Positions 29,401-37,700 of a stretch of DNA of 42,824 bases are shown here, piece by piece. Below the pieces are notes generated by a model, which did no database searches, was not told the origin of the DNA, and was given only the letters and a program-made list of their open reading frames with translations. How positions within the stretch are numbered: position 1 is the stretch's first letter; every line of letters starts with the position of its first letter. The translations under genes and the position numbers were made by a program. Origin of the DNA: a virus (lineage: Duplodnaviria > Caudoviricetes); IMG/VR virus record IMGVR_UViG_3300021964_000151, positions 1 to 42,824 of that record. One strand, given 5' to 3'.

Positions 29401-32055
29401 TTTGTTGGAAAAGATGTTACAACAACATTTGCATCTTCTGTAAACGCTAGTGACGGGAATCCTGCGGGTAATTTTACAATAGCAGCTACATCGTATACTG
29501 TTGATGGTGGATCAGGCTTGAATTCAACTCCTGCTGAAACAGAGTACTTTTTTACATTAACACCCTCTGCTTCATTTGAATTTGACAGTACTATTGATGC
29601 TGATGATTTTGTATTGTTAGATTCTAGTAATAATAACGTAACTGCTGATTATGCTGCGAATGGAGAATTATTATTACGTAAAGTTGGTGATACAATAGAG
29701 GTTGGCTTTAAATCAAAAACTTTTATACAGCCTTCAGCGACATCTACATTTACTTTAAGACCAAAAGTTGGTGTTACATTAACTCAAGCTGAGGTTACAA
29801 CTAATGTAACTAAATACACTTTAAAAGTAAATATTAATTATACGGTAGACGGTGTTTTAAATAATATAAATACAGCTACTAGAAGCAGAACTAATTTTGA
29901 TTCTACAACAGCTACGTTATTTCCTATATATCAATCATTAACTCAATTAGCTAATTTAGGTATTATTGATACAACACAATTTACAGATAGTAATTTATTC
30001 TTTATAGATAACGCTAATAATACTGAAGTTACATTAGCCCCAGCAGGATCTTATACAAACGATAGTGGTAATGCAGTAACAACTACTGGTGAATTTGAAT
30101 TTAACGCATCTAATAATTCTTTAATAACAAACTTGCTTGTTGATTTAAATAGTGATGCAACTATATCATTTAATGAAGTAAATGTAAATGTAAATTTAAA
30201 TTCTAATAAAACGATAGATGCCAACGGTAATGTTATTACAAAATATCATTTAGTTGAAGTTAAATTAGCTGGATGTGCAGAGCAAGTTAATGGCCCTAAT
30301 GAAAATGATAGATCTTGGTCACCAATAAATGAGTCTTCTAATGTATACCCAAAATACTATGCTACAAGTTCTTTGCTTGATGAAGATGTAAGAATATTTG
30401 TTAGAAATAATTCAAATGAAACAATACCTGGCAACTTAGCTTCGTTTACAGCAACTAATCTGATACAAAAAAATAATGAAAAATTATTTACAGTAAGTAC
30501 TAAAAACATAACTTCAGGCACACAAGCAGGGTGGTTGTTTAACAAGGGTGTTTGTTCTTTAGATGGTTCGCACTTAAAATTATTTACAAACACTAAGAAG
30601 CACGAGCTGTATAATGATATAATAAAATACAGTTATCCTATTAGTAGTACTATATTTAAAAATGAAAAGCAAACTTTAACAGGTAGTATTAAGATAGATA
30701 ATAAAGCAAATTATGATGCTATAGTACAGGACATATCCTCAAAAGGTTTTAATATAAAGCCAGTACAAGGGGCATCAATAGACGCTAATGCTTTAACTTT
30801 TACTTATGATGCTTATTTTGATAATAATGGTAATTCTAGTTTTGATTTTAATTTATTACGAGGAGCGGACGAATATAAATTAGACTTTACTTTTGATGAT
30901 GTTACGGCAGACAGCACATTCAATAAATTATCTGGTACATCGTATGAAATGAGAAGAAGAGCAATTGATGATCAAGATAATAACGATCATATTGCGCAAA
31001 ATACATTGAATCAATACAACGTAATAGAAGACTACAATACTACAGTTGCTCTTGATAGATATGATGATGGATCAAGTAATTTTGATAGTACGGCTAATAG
31101 AATAACAGATAATGCGCCAGCCGGTGGTGGTGTATATGGGTATACTGCAGATGCCACTAATATAAAAATTATACCTCAACAATATTTAGATAATAATAAT
31201 GTTTTAGAGTTTTTAAATGGAACAACATTTGCTAAATTAGGTGCTTCTAATTTTCGATGGAATGTTTCAGCAACGCCAAATGTTCCTGATTTATTAAGAA
31301 ATGGTGATTATTTTGATTTAGACATTAGATCTACAAGTGCTGGGCCTTTAGGAAATACAACTTATACAAAAACAGGTTATACAGTGGTATTATCGGCTCC
31401 TTCCGCCGCTACCGCTGATTATGCGTCTTTTATTGGATTATGGGTTGCTATTAACAACGGAGATATAACAAGTTTAAAAATTCCTATAGATTTGGTTTCC
31501 CCTTCATCTAAAGCATTAAATAATGAAGATATAGTTACAACAGAAAGAGTATCTATTGATATAGCAGGAACTATTATAAATACAACTTTAGATATAGGCG
31601 GTGGTTATGCTGCGTTAGAAGAAACCGGGTGGTGGCCAAGTTCGAATAGTAGAGTAAACCGTTGGAAAAATTATTATATTGGAGGGGGGAATAATGTATA
31701 TATTTCAGAAACTCAAGGACCTGATGGATTGATAGCATTACCAAATTTTGCAGGTATACAATTTAGTTTTGGAATTACAACAAAACGGCTTACAGATTCT
31801 AAAAGTCCAATTTTAGCTTTTGGAAAAGTTCCTTTTTCTATTTATTCTTTTAAAAGTGTTAGCAGTAGTAAACTAATCAATAGTGCTACAAATTATTCAT
31901 TTTCACAAATTGATTACCAAAAAGGAAATCGATGGGATTACACTTATCATGAAAAAAATAATTTATATATTACTAATAAAATGATGGGAAATCAAAGTAT
32001 TCATGGTACATATAATCCCTCTAATCTAAATTATCTAAAATTTAAAATGGCGTAA
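23488..32055 (+). CDS. Tail stabilisation/muzzle protein (P22 gp10/crAss muzzle-like) with a ~1400-aa C-terminal beta-rich extension
   Basis: N-terminal F-x-x-GRMNKDLDERLIPNGEYIDAQNI, ITGINIVDDLLFWTDNLNQPRRINI, RFAYRWKY, YGISQNPESFA and WVTFKSF beta-propeller motifs. These are followed by a Gly/Thr linker and Ig-like segments. Confidence 0.8.
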   Translation: MAELKHTFTSGRMNKDLDERLIPNGEYIDAQNIQISSSEGSDVGAIENLLGNEKLSKLNLKNAKTLGSIAYNLKDKIYWIVTSDNIDGIYEFDEKQQTVSPILIDSKETKSINLNSAAVYSNVDNELIIDSFNLGSIKELIGNDLPGAIDEEKLVKNNIYISSVDPYIRISIPKNTVIKKDTNGKIVFKNVEYNGKKYRVDFKATYTSNGILNFSKNNLITGINIVDDLLFWTDNLNQPRRINISSFKKHTDDEFNKDTQIEYAEKDPTTKQVTKLKRNFTEDDISVIKKSPMYAPSMELYDSVTDGIVDIKYTLNLSNLYIGQIFTLSSLTNVPSWVVGDFVTIQSDAADFVLDASVKSVTDTAVELSLATISGDIDNISYDCNINLKQKKALYELNFVRFAYRWKYKNGEYSTLSPFTEPAFIPNEFKYDGKEAFNYGMINKLQRVILNNFDLGKDDIAEIDILFKEGRNQNIYVLKTIKKLDFTNEYIITKEQIHSVIPNNQLLRAWDNVPKRAKAQEVTANRVIYGNYTQNYDVYSEPDISVSTVARQDDLNRTIKSNRTYQIGVAYIDEYNRHTPVLSNDTGAFEITKDNSVLKNQFSLTLNNQPPAWAKHFKYYIKDTSGEYYNLSADRYYKDTENGFTYISFPSSDRNKVTNDHYLILKKNHGDNNPVLEKDNRYKIIDIFSDPPEFITNRKRVVYSLGDIVFTDDYAGSGGGTTITNKADAEGNAPLKDYATIQIKQANSSADGVSLDDANEIKPGRYISFEYLGKESKKYKIKRLSQHPSGDNEIKIDFEEPFGDDVEIIYNKNTGNLGDVTTNFGVNMNISEEYSAAGDKEFDGRFFIKLKTNSVLENSIISQTIGGVSYLAKKSIPLIGVYSKNDDNGTGRRGENSWFNINRIKDNASRDPKNEFVVSDGGTAIPGNTPESGKRVVKGSLEYNITLESATEHMHRSVDSLAKLAKIGNFVRFVNADGTPHHDTVYEIGNVSVDSYETKYGASGPFSAKGDIKRISFRFVDENGDFKALDANVVKRGDDTWGEEPQMEILQELTEENVLIKDPAIFETEPLDRKTELDIYYETEKAISIEEHGQTHILNWYNAISFGNGVESNRIRDDFNAIFIDTGVRASTVLAEPFKEEHKFNGLIWSGIINSRSGTNQSNQFNMANAITKDLLPSYGSVQKLFARDGDIVIYCEDKIVRALADKDILYNADGSANVTASRNVIGNVIPFAGEYGISQNPESFAFYGFRAYNADPKRGVVLRLSRDGITPISAANMGSYFRNTLFGYDNEIIGSYDNRNKLYNLSYGNDTICFSEDINGWVTFKSFLPQNGVSLNNVYYSYYDAELWQHDFVDAIRNRFYGEQYYSSIELNINDNPSVVKKYKTLGYEGTKGWKASVITDQQTSSELTFKEKENKYFVNITGEAKELGSIDTKNFSAQGLGRSVRKTSISFTTGNVVAGQNGEIIILGAGNTAIGPDYIITGENIIYTPNPDGTITVNGTNVGGSSGTGNTTGGTTISTGGSTVTVNDTASNTTGDFSDTGGGNTTVNDEDPYVDQVGDVGNTTTTLDLDLNGTGFYTKPVEITQKPGEQISQAVFTIYPEDGYQITASDFVSSEVDLNGNNNIVFEQDGNNVKATVTINENQSSDDNTLIYNVTATADKKPIEIKGTPQLSLTNATIDNTDVDSYQVSGSYGEEKIISERIITADDGYYLTADSITVDNPNVILEKIKLSDKSYKIIETVFVPKNATSNNNYTITVTPLEVVLPDPKIISKTINTSVIPNIAETRELVVNGEQNAEFEVVLSDTSGLISKESYTIDVTGKKTIPLIFDSSDAAETYTLKINNITGTDVDTGFGNQTITLTRNQKGRKTATFLVKYSNTINNTFSIEDYIGQGTNRQFTFDLTLPAGTYTIGKQPASTDVVLGDNNNGAFVLLNNIEFDAVNTNVLTVSGTLFVSNFQEDETYTLDISPFVGKDVTTTFASSVNASDGNPAGNFTIAATSYTVDGGSGLNSTPAETEYFFTLTPSASFEFDSTIDADDFVLLDSSNNNVTADYAANGELLLRKVGDTIEVGFKSKTFIQPSATSTFTLRPKVGVTLTQAEVTTNVTKYTLKVNINYTVDGVLNNINTATRSRTNFDSTTATLFPIYQSLTQLANLGIIDTTQFTDSNLFFIDNANNTEVTLAPAGSYTNDSGNAVTTTGEFEFNASNNSLITNLLVDLNSDATISFNEVNVNVNLNSNKTIDANGNVITKYHLVEVKLAGCAEQVNGPNENDRSWSPINESSNVYPKYYATSSLLDEDVRIFVRNNSNETIPGNLASFTATNLIQKNNEKLFTVSTKNITSGTQAGWLFNKGVCSLDGSHLKLFTNTKKHELYNDIIKYSYPISSTIFKNEKQTLTGSIKIDNKANYDAIVQDISSKGFNIKPVQGASIDANALTFTYDAYFDNNGNSSFDFNLLRGADEYKLDFTFDDVTADSTFNKLSGTSYEMRRRAIDDQDNNDHIAQNTLNQYNVIEDYNTTVALDRYDDGSSNFDSTANRITDNAPAGGGVYGYTADATNIKIIPQQYLDNNNVLEFLNGTTFAKLGASNFRWNVSATPNVPDLLRNGDYFDLDIRSTSAGPLGNTTYTKTGYTVVLSAPSAATADYASFIGLWVAINNGDITSLKIPIDLVSPSSKALNNEDIVTTERVSIDIAGTIINTTLDIGGGYAALEETGWWPSSNSRVNRWKNYYIGGGNNVYISETQGPDGLIALPNFAGIQFSFGITTKRLTDSKSPILAFGKVPFSIYSFKSVSSSKLINSATNYSFSQIDYQKGNRWDYTYHEKNNLYITNKMMGNQSIHGTYNPSNLNYLKFKMA

Positions 32056-32058
32056 TAA

Positions 32059-32382
32059 ATGGCAAATTTAACTATAAACTTCAATCAAAAACTAAACACA
32101 TCACTGCAGACAGGTGACATTGTTTATTACAAAAAAAATAATCAATTAGTTGAATTAGGTAGTTGTATTGCAATTTCATCTGATAAATATAGTTTTACTG
32201 TTGATGTAGATTCAACAACGCCAAGGCCTGCAATAGGTGATTACTTTATGTTTGCTAAAAATAATGTAATAAATAGTAATGGTGTACTTGGCTATAACGC
32301 TAATGTTAAAATGACAAATAATTCAACAGATTTTACTGAATTATATGCAGTAAATTCTGAAATAAATATAAGTAGTAATTAA
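32059..32382 (+). CDS. Small beta protein resembling the usual C-terminal domain of the muzzle protein
   Basis: Ends GVLGYNANVKMTNNSTDFTELYAVNSEINISSN, similar to gp10-like C-termini as I recall them. It is in frame with the upstream gene, separated by TAATAA. Confidence 0.55.
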   Translation: MANLTINFNQKLNTSLQTGDIVYYKKNNQLVELGSCIAISSDKYSFTVDVDSTTPRPAIGDYFMFAKNNVINSNGVLGYNANVKMTNNSTDFTELYAVNSEINISSN

Positions 32383-32394
32383 AAATAAAATATT

Positions 32395-33171
32395 ATGCCT
32401 TTACCATTAATAGCAGCAGCTGCTCCTGGAATTATAAAAGCAGCGGGTTCTCTTATAGGAAGTAAAGCTAGAAAAGAAGAACAAGAATCTGCTAAAGCAG
32501 AATTAGCTCAACGAAGACAAGCTTACGAAACATTTGAGTTTAAGGACCCTTCAGCTCAAATGACAAACCCTTTTGAAGACTTAACTGTTAATCAACAACA
32601 AGCACAGTTTCAAGCTCAACAACAGCAACAAGGTTTAGCTAGTACACTATCTGGCATGCAAGCTGCGGCTGGGGGGTCTGGTATTGCAGCATTGGCGCAG
32701 GCAATGGCTGGGCAACAATCTCAAAATCTTCAGGCTGCGTCGGCAAGTATTGGACAACAAGAAGCTGCAAATCAAATGGCTGCAGGCCAAGGGCAAATGC
32801 AATTACAACAAGCAAGAGCGACCGGTCAACAATATGTCCAAGACAAGGAATTTGAAAGAACAGAAACATTATTAGGCATGTCACAACAAAGAAAAGCAGC
32901 AGCAGATGCAGCAAGGGCAGCAGCAACGCAGGACTTAGTTGGTGGTATTGCCGAAGCGGCAGGCGGTGCATTAGGAGCATTAGGTGGCCCAACAGATTTT
33001 AAAAAATATAATAAATCACAAAATACAAGGGGATCAATAAAATCAGTAACGTCTGGAAATGAATTACAAACTGCTGGGGCTCAAAAATTAACAACCCCTG
33101 GAATAAGTAAATACAATAGTCCAAGCTCAATGTCTATAAATGATGCGTTAAGAGCAAAACTAGGCGGATAA
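32395..33171 (+). CDS. Ejection/DNA-pilot-like protein
   Basis: Ala/Gly hydrophobic N-terminus, Gln/Ala-rich coiled coil and a second Gly/Ala segment. It is the first of three genes after the tail, the usual position of podovirus internal virion proteins. Confidence 0.6.
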   Translation: MPLPLIAAAAPGIIKAAGSLIGSKARKEEQESAKAELAQRRQAYETFEFKDPSAQMTNPFEDLTVNQQQAQFQAQQQQQGLASTLSGMQAAAGGSGIAALAQAMAGQQSQNLQAASASIGQQEAANQMAAGQGQMQLQQARATGQQYVQDKEFERTETLLGMSQQRKAAADAARAAATQDLVGGIAEAAGGALGALGGPTDFKKYNKSQNTRGSIKSVTSGNELQTAGAQKLTTPGISKYNSPSSMSINDALRAKLGG

Positions 33172-33183
33172 AAATAAAATAAT

Positions 33184-34737
33184 ATGGCAAATTTAGCATT
33201 AATAAGAGGCGCAGGGATTTCTGCAGACAGATATGTTAGTATAAGCAATGCTGTAGACAGGGGTGTACGTACTTTTGAAACAGCCCAACAAAAAAGAGAA
33301 GCCGAAGCAGAAAAACTTAGACTAGAAAAAGAAAGAGAAGAATTAATAAAGGCTAAAGACTATAAAAGCTTAGGGGCTTTACAGACTGATAGTATACCTG
33401 AGGCTTGGCGAGGCTGGTATACACAGCAAGCTTTATCTGTTAAAGATGAAAATAGGCAATTAGTTAGTCAAAAAGGATCAATGAACCAATTTGATTATAT
33501 GGATTCTTTATCTAATCAAAATAAAAAAATTGCACAAATGCAAGGCTCTATTAATGCTATAAAAGAATATTCACAAGCTTACAAAGAAATATCTGAAGGT
33601 GGTGATTTTTCAGATTCTTTAACAGCTGATGAAAAAGGTCTGATACAAGATATTGTGCAATTAAATGGTGAGCCAGTATTTAAAGATGGTCAAATGTATT
33701 TTAAAAGTAATACAACAGGTCAGGAAGTTTCTTTTGATGATTTACCTGAATTAACTACAAAAGATTATGAAACTCATAATAAAATAGAAAAAGATATTAT
33801 AGGTATTGCAGAACAAGCAGCCTCTAAAGGAATGTTTATTGGAGGTGAAGATACTGAACAAAGTGCATATCTTGAACAAAAGATTGATAACTATTTTAGA
33901 AATCTTGAAATGCAACCAAAACAAGCTCTTTCACTAGCAACAGACTTTTTAAAAATGGGTGGGCCATTTGGAGAGTTAGCACCTATGTTTAAAACACTTA
34001 CGGGCAAAAATGCTATTGACGCAAATAATGATGGAGAAATTGATGAAAATGAATATATACAATCATTTAAAGATATTGCTTTACCAGAAGACTTTGTTAA
34101 TAGAGTTAAACAACAATATAAAACTATAGCTTTAAACACATCGTCTAATCTTAAAACCGAGTACGATAGGGTTAATAAAATTAAGGCTGAGCAAGCTAAA
34201 AGAAAAGGAGATTTAAATAAATGGGAGTTTGATGAATTAATGCGTCAAAGAGAATTAAAAGCGACTTCAGTATTTTTAAAACCTATAAAAAAATTTTTAG
34301 GGCCTAATGCAATAAATGAAAGTCAAGCAAAATCTTTTATTAACTATGCAAATACAAATTTACCCGGTCTTGAAATTTATCAAAATACACAAACAGATGA
34401 TGATGGAGAACTTTTAAATCCAAATGCATATGTTATAGAAGTTGATGGTAAACAAAAACCATTTATTATAGGGGAAACAACTGGTGCGGCAATAGATAAA
34501 TTTATTAAGGATTTATATGGTTATAGTATTACTGATCGTTTAACTATGTTCGGTGAAGAAGCAGAAGAAAAAGAAGAAGAATTTGATGAAACTGAATTTG
34601 AAATTTTAGATGATATTGATGTGCAAGGTACATTAAATGAAATAAACACTGCTAATACTTTAAGTGAATTAAATAAAGCTGATTCTGCTCAAAGAGCTAG
34701 ACTTAGAATACAAAAAGAACAAGCTGGAATAAAATAA
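33184..34737 (+). CDS. Probable ejection (internal virion) protein with an EF-hand-like loop
   Basis: 517 aa, helical and charged, with DANNDGEIDENE at 34018-34053. Position within the ejection cluster. Confidence 0.55.
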   Translation: MANLALIRGAGISADRYVSISNAVDRGVRTFETAQQKREAEAEKLRLEKEREELIKAKDYKSLGALQTDSIPEAWRGWYTQQALSVKDENRQLVSQKGSMNQFDYMDSLSNQNKKIAQMQGSINAIKEYSQAYKEISEGGDFSDSLTADEKGLIQDIVQLNGEPVFKDGQMYFKSNTTGQEVSFDDLPELTTKDYETHNKIEKDIIGIAEQAASKGMFIGGEDTEQSAYLEQKIDNYFRNLEMQPKQALSLATDFLKMGGPFGELAPMFKTLTGKNAIDANNDGEIDENEYIQSFKDIALPEDFVNRVKQQYKTIALNTSSNLKTEYDRVNKIKAEQAKRKGDLNKWEFDELMRQRELKATSVFLKPIKKFLGPNAINESQAKSFINYANTNLPGLEIYQNTQTDDDGELLNPNAYVIEVDGKQKPFIIGETTGAAIDKFIKDLYGYSITDRLTMFGEEAEEKEEEFDETEFEILDDIDVQGTLNEINTANTLSELNKADSAQRARLRIQKEQAGIK

Positions 34738-34749
34738 ATAGAATTTAAT

Positions 34750-37700
34750 ATGCCTATATATACATTACCAAACGGAAAAAAATATAATATACCGGAAGAT
34801 AAAGTAAATACTTTTTTAAACAAATTTCCAGAAGCAACAATTGATTCTTTGGGAAAGATAACTCCTCCGCGGGAAGATCAAATGGGTGCGCTTGCGGAGG
34901 TAAATGTAGCACCCACAAATATGGATTTGTCTTTGGAAATGCCTTCTTTGGGTTCACAAGAAAAAGACACAGCAATTGAAAGAGCTTTTGGAAAAAATTC
35001 TTTAACTGATTTTTTTGGTGATATTTACAGGGCTGCTAATAAAGGATTAGAACAATCTAGTTTAGTAGACCCTAGTATAAATTTATATAGAGAAGGGGCT
35101 GAAGCAGATGATGAAACTATTTTAAATTTTATAAAAGCCAATGAAGAAACTAATAAGAATATCATGCAATCCGACGAGATGCGTGAGTTTAATAAAATAT
35201 ATGAAGAAGAAGGGGGCGGCTGGTGGGGCTTTATAAAAGGTGCTGCTTTAAATCCGACCGTATTGACTCAAGAATTAGCTAGCTCTATTGCAATGCAAAT
35301 TGGAGCATTAAAATCTGATGAAGTTGCAACAGCCGCAACAGCGGGATTAGGGGCAGGGGCTTTAGCTGGTGCTCCTTTTGCTTTAGTAGGCGCAATACCG
35401 GGGGGAATTGCTGGTGCAATGGGTGGAGCAATGGCAGCATTAGAAACTGGTTTAACATTTTCAGAATTATTAAATAAAGAATTAGGAGATAATTTAACAG
35501 TTGAAAATGTAAGAGCATTTTTACAAAATGAAGAAAAATTATCTGACCTTAAAAATAAAGCTTTAGGCAGAGGGCTAACTATTGGTGCAATTGAATTGGC
35601 TACAATGGGTATTGCTAAAGGTGTTGGTAGCAAAATAGCTAAAGCTGGATTTAAAAGAGCAGGTGTAGCCGCTGCTGGGGCTATTGGAGGTATTGAAATA
35701 GCCGGAGGAGCAACTGGAGAAATAGCTGGAAGATTTGTTGCTGGACAAGAAATGGACGCAGCTGAAATTGGGTTTGAAGCATTTGCAGGGCTTGGATCTG
35801 CTCCAATTAGCATTTTAGGACAGTCCAAAAACATTAGCAAAAGTATAACTAGATTAAAAATAGATAAAGAGCTTAAAAATACAAATTATAATAATGCTTC
35901 AGATTTATTTATTAATGAAGAAAAAACATCTGACGCAGCGATTAATTTAGCTAAAATTAAAAATGCTGAAACAATAGTTTCCGAGGAAATAAATAATAGA
36001 GCTAAAAAAGGCGAAATTACAAAAGAGCAAGCAGAAAAAGCTAAAGAAAATCTTGCTAGTACTACTTTTTTTAATAATATACTTGAAGACGTTAATGTTC
36101 CAGAAGCTAATAAGGCTGAAGTAATTGATTTATTAAAAGAGCAAAATGCTTTAAGAAATAAAATTAAAAAAGTTAACAATCCTAGCCTAACAAAACGCGA
36201 TTCAAAAAGATTAGAAGAATTAGATAATAGAATTGATCAAATTATAACAGAAAAAAAATTAGAACAATCCATTCAATTTGCTGAAAAAGGCGCTAAAAAG
36301 TTAGGACTAAAAGTACAGTCGCTTAATAAAAAAGAAATTGCTAAAAAATATAAAGGCAGTAAAAAGCTTAATGATTACTTAGAATCTGATGGCTTTATAG
36401 AAAATGGGGTAATTACTATTAACACAGACACAGCAAAAGAAACACGCGCTGTAACAGTAGGTAGTCACGAACTTTTGCATGGGATTTTAAATAAAGAGCT
36501 AAAAGGAAAAGACAGAAAAAAAATAGTAGCTGAATTTAAAAATATAATTAGCAAAGATCAATTAGCTATAATTGAAGAAAGGCTGTTTGCTAAAAATGAT
36601 AAAGGCGAGAGACTTTACAGTGATGAGTATTTAGAAAATGAAGGTATAGACGAATATTTTACTGCATTTTCAGATGCTATATTATTAGGCGATATAAAAT
36701 ATAACGAAAATATATTTACAAAGCTTGGGGATTTTATAAGGCCTATATTAAGAAAATTTGGATTTAGTAAAATAAAATTTGATTCTGGTAGAGATGTATA
36801 TAACTTTCTTAAAGAGTATAATAAATCTGTAAAAAAAGGTGAGCTTTCAAAAGAATTATCAGGTATTCAAGCAGCTATTGAAAGTGATGTAGCACAATTT
36901 TCAAAATCAAAAGCTTCCGATAGAGTACAACAAATATATGAAGCACAAGGCGCCGCAAACGCGTTAGATATTATAGATGAGTTCAAGCCCATTGTAGACA
37001 GAATTGTAAATAAGTATCGCAATGTACCAGGCTTTGAATATCAACTACTAAAAGATGAAATAGAAACAGGCAAGCGTGGTATTCTTGACATGATAATGTC
37101 ATATACCCCTGAAAAAGCTAAAGGGGCACCATTAGCCGGTTATATAAATAGTTTACTACCTAAAAGAGCAATTGAAGCAGCCCAAAGAGTTTTAGGTACT
37201 GAATTTACTGTTGATGTTACAGAAGCAAAAGGCGTTACAGACACAGTCACAGAAGACGTTTTAGAAGCCGCAGAAGAGACTAATGTTGCTGATGAAATAA
37301 AAAGCTTACGTAAAGAAATAGGATTACCAGAAGAGCTTGTAACTAAAGTTAAAAAAGCTGTAATAAAAACATTTGGTACTAAACTACCAAGCCCTGAAGA
37401 TCCTAAATTTAAACTTGAATTACAAAAAGCATTTAGAACAGAGCTTAAAAAGCCTATAGCTAAATTTGTAGGTAGACAAGAAGATTATGAATTGTTTTTA
37501 CGGGACAATTTTAAGGCTATATATGATAAATTACCTCAGTCTTTAATTAATAGAAGATTTAAAGACTTTGCTGAACCTGTTTTAGATAAAAGCGGCAAGC
37601 AAATGCGGGAGCGCACTGCAGAAGGTAAAAAAATATTTACAAAGAAAAAACTTACTACAGCTGAATTTATAAAATACTTTTTAGGTTCCGATGTTGGCCG

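Noticed and set aside
10317-32875. Short plus-strand alternative-frame ORFs (10317-10526, 14588-14797, 32684-32875)
   Set aside because: They are short, nested in real genes, Leu/Gln/Lys-biased as expected from frame-shifted codon usage, and have no independent support.
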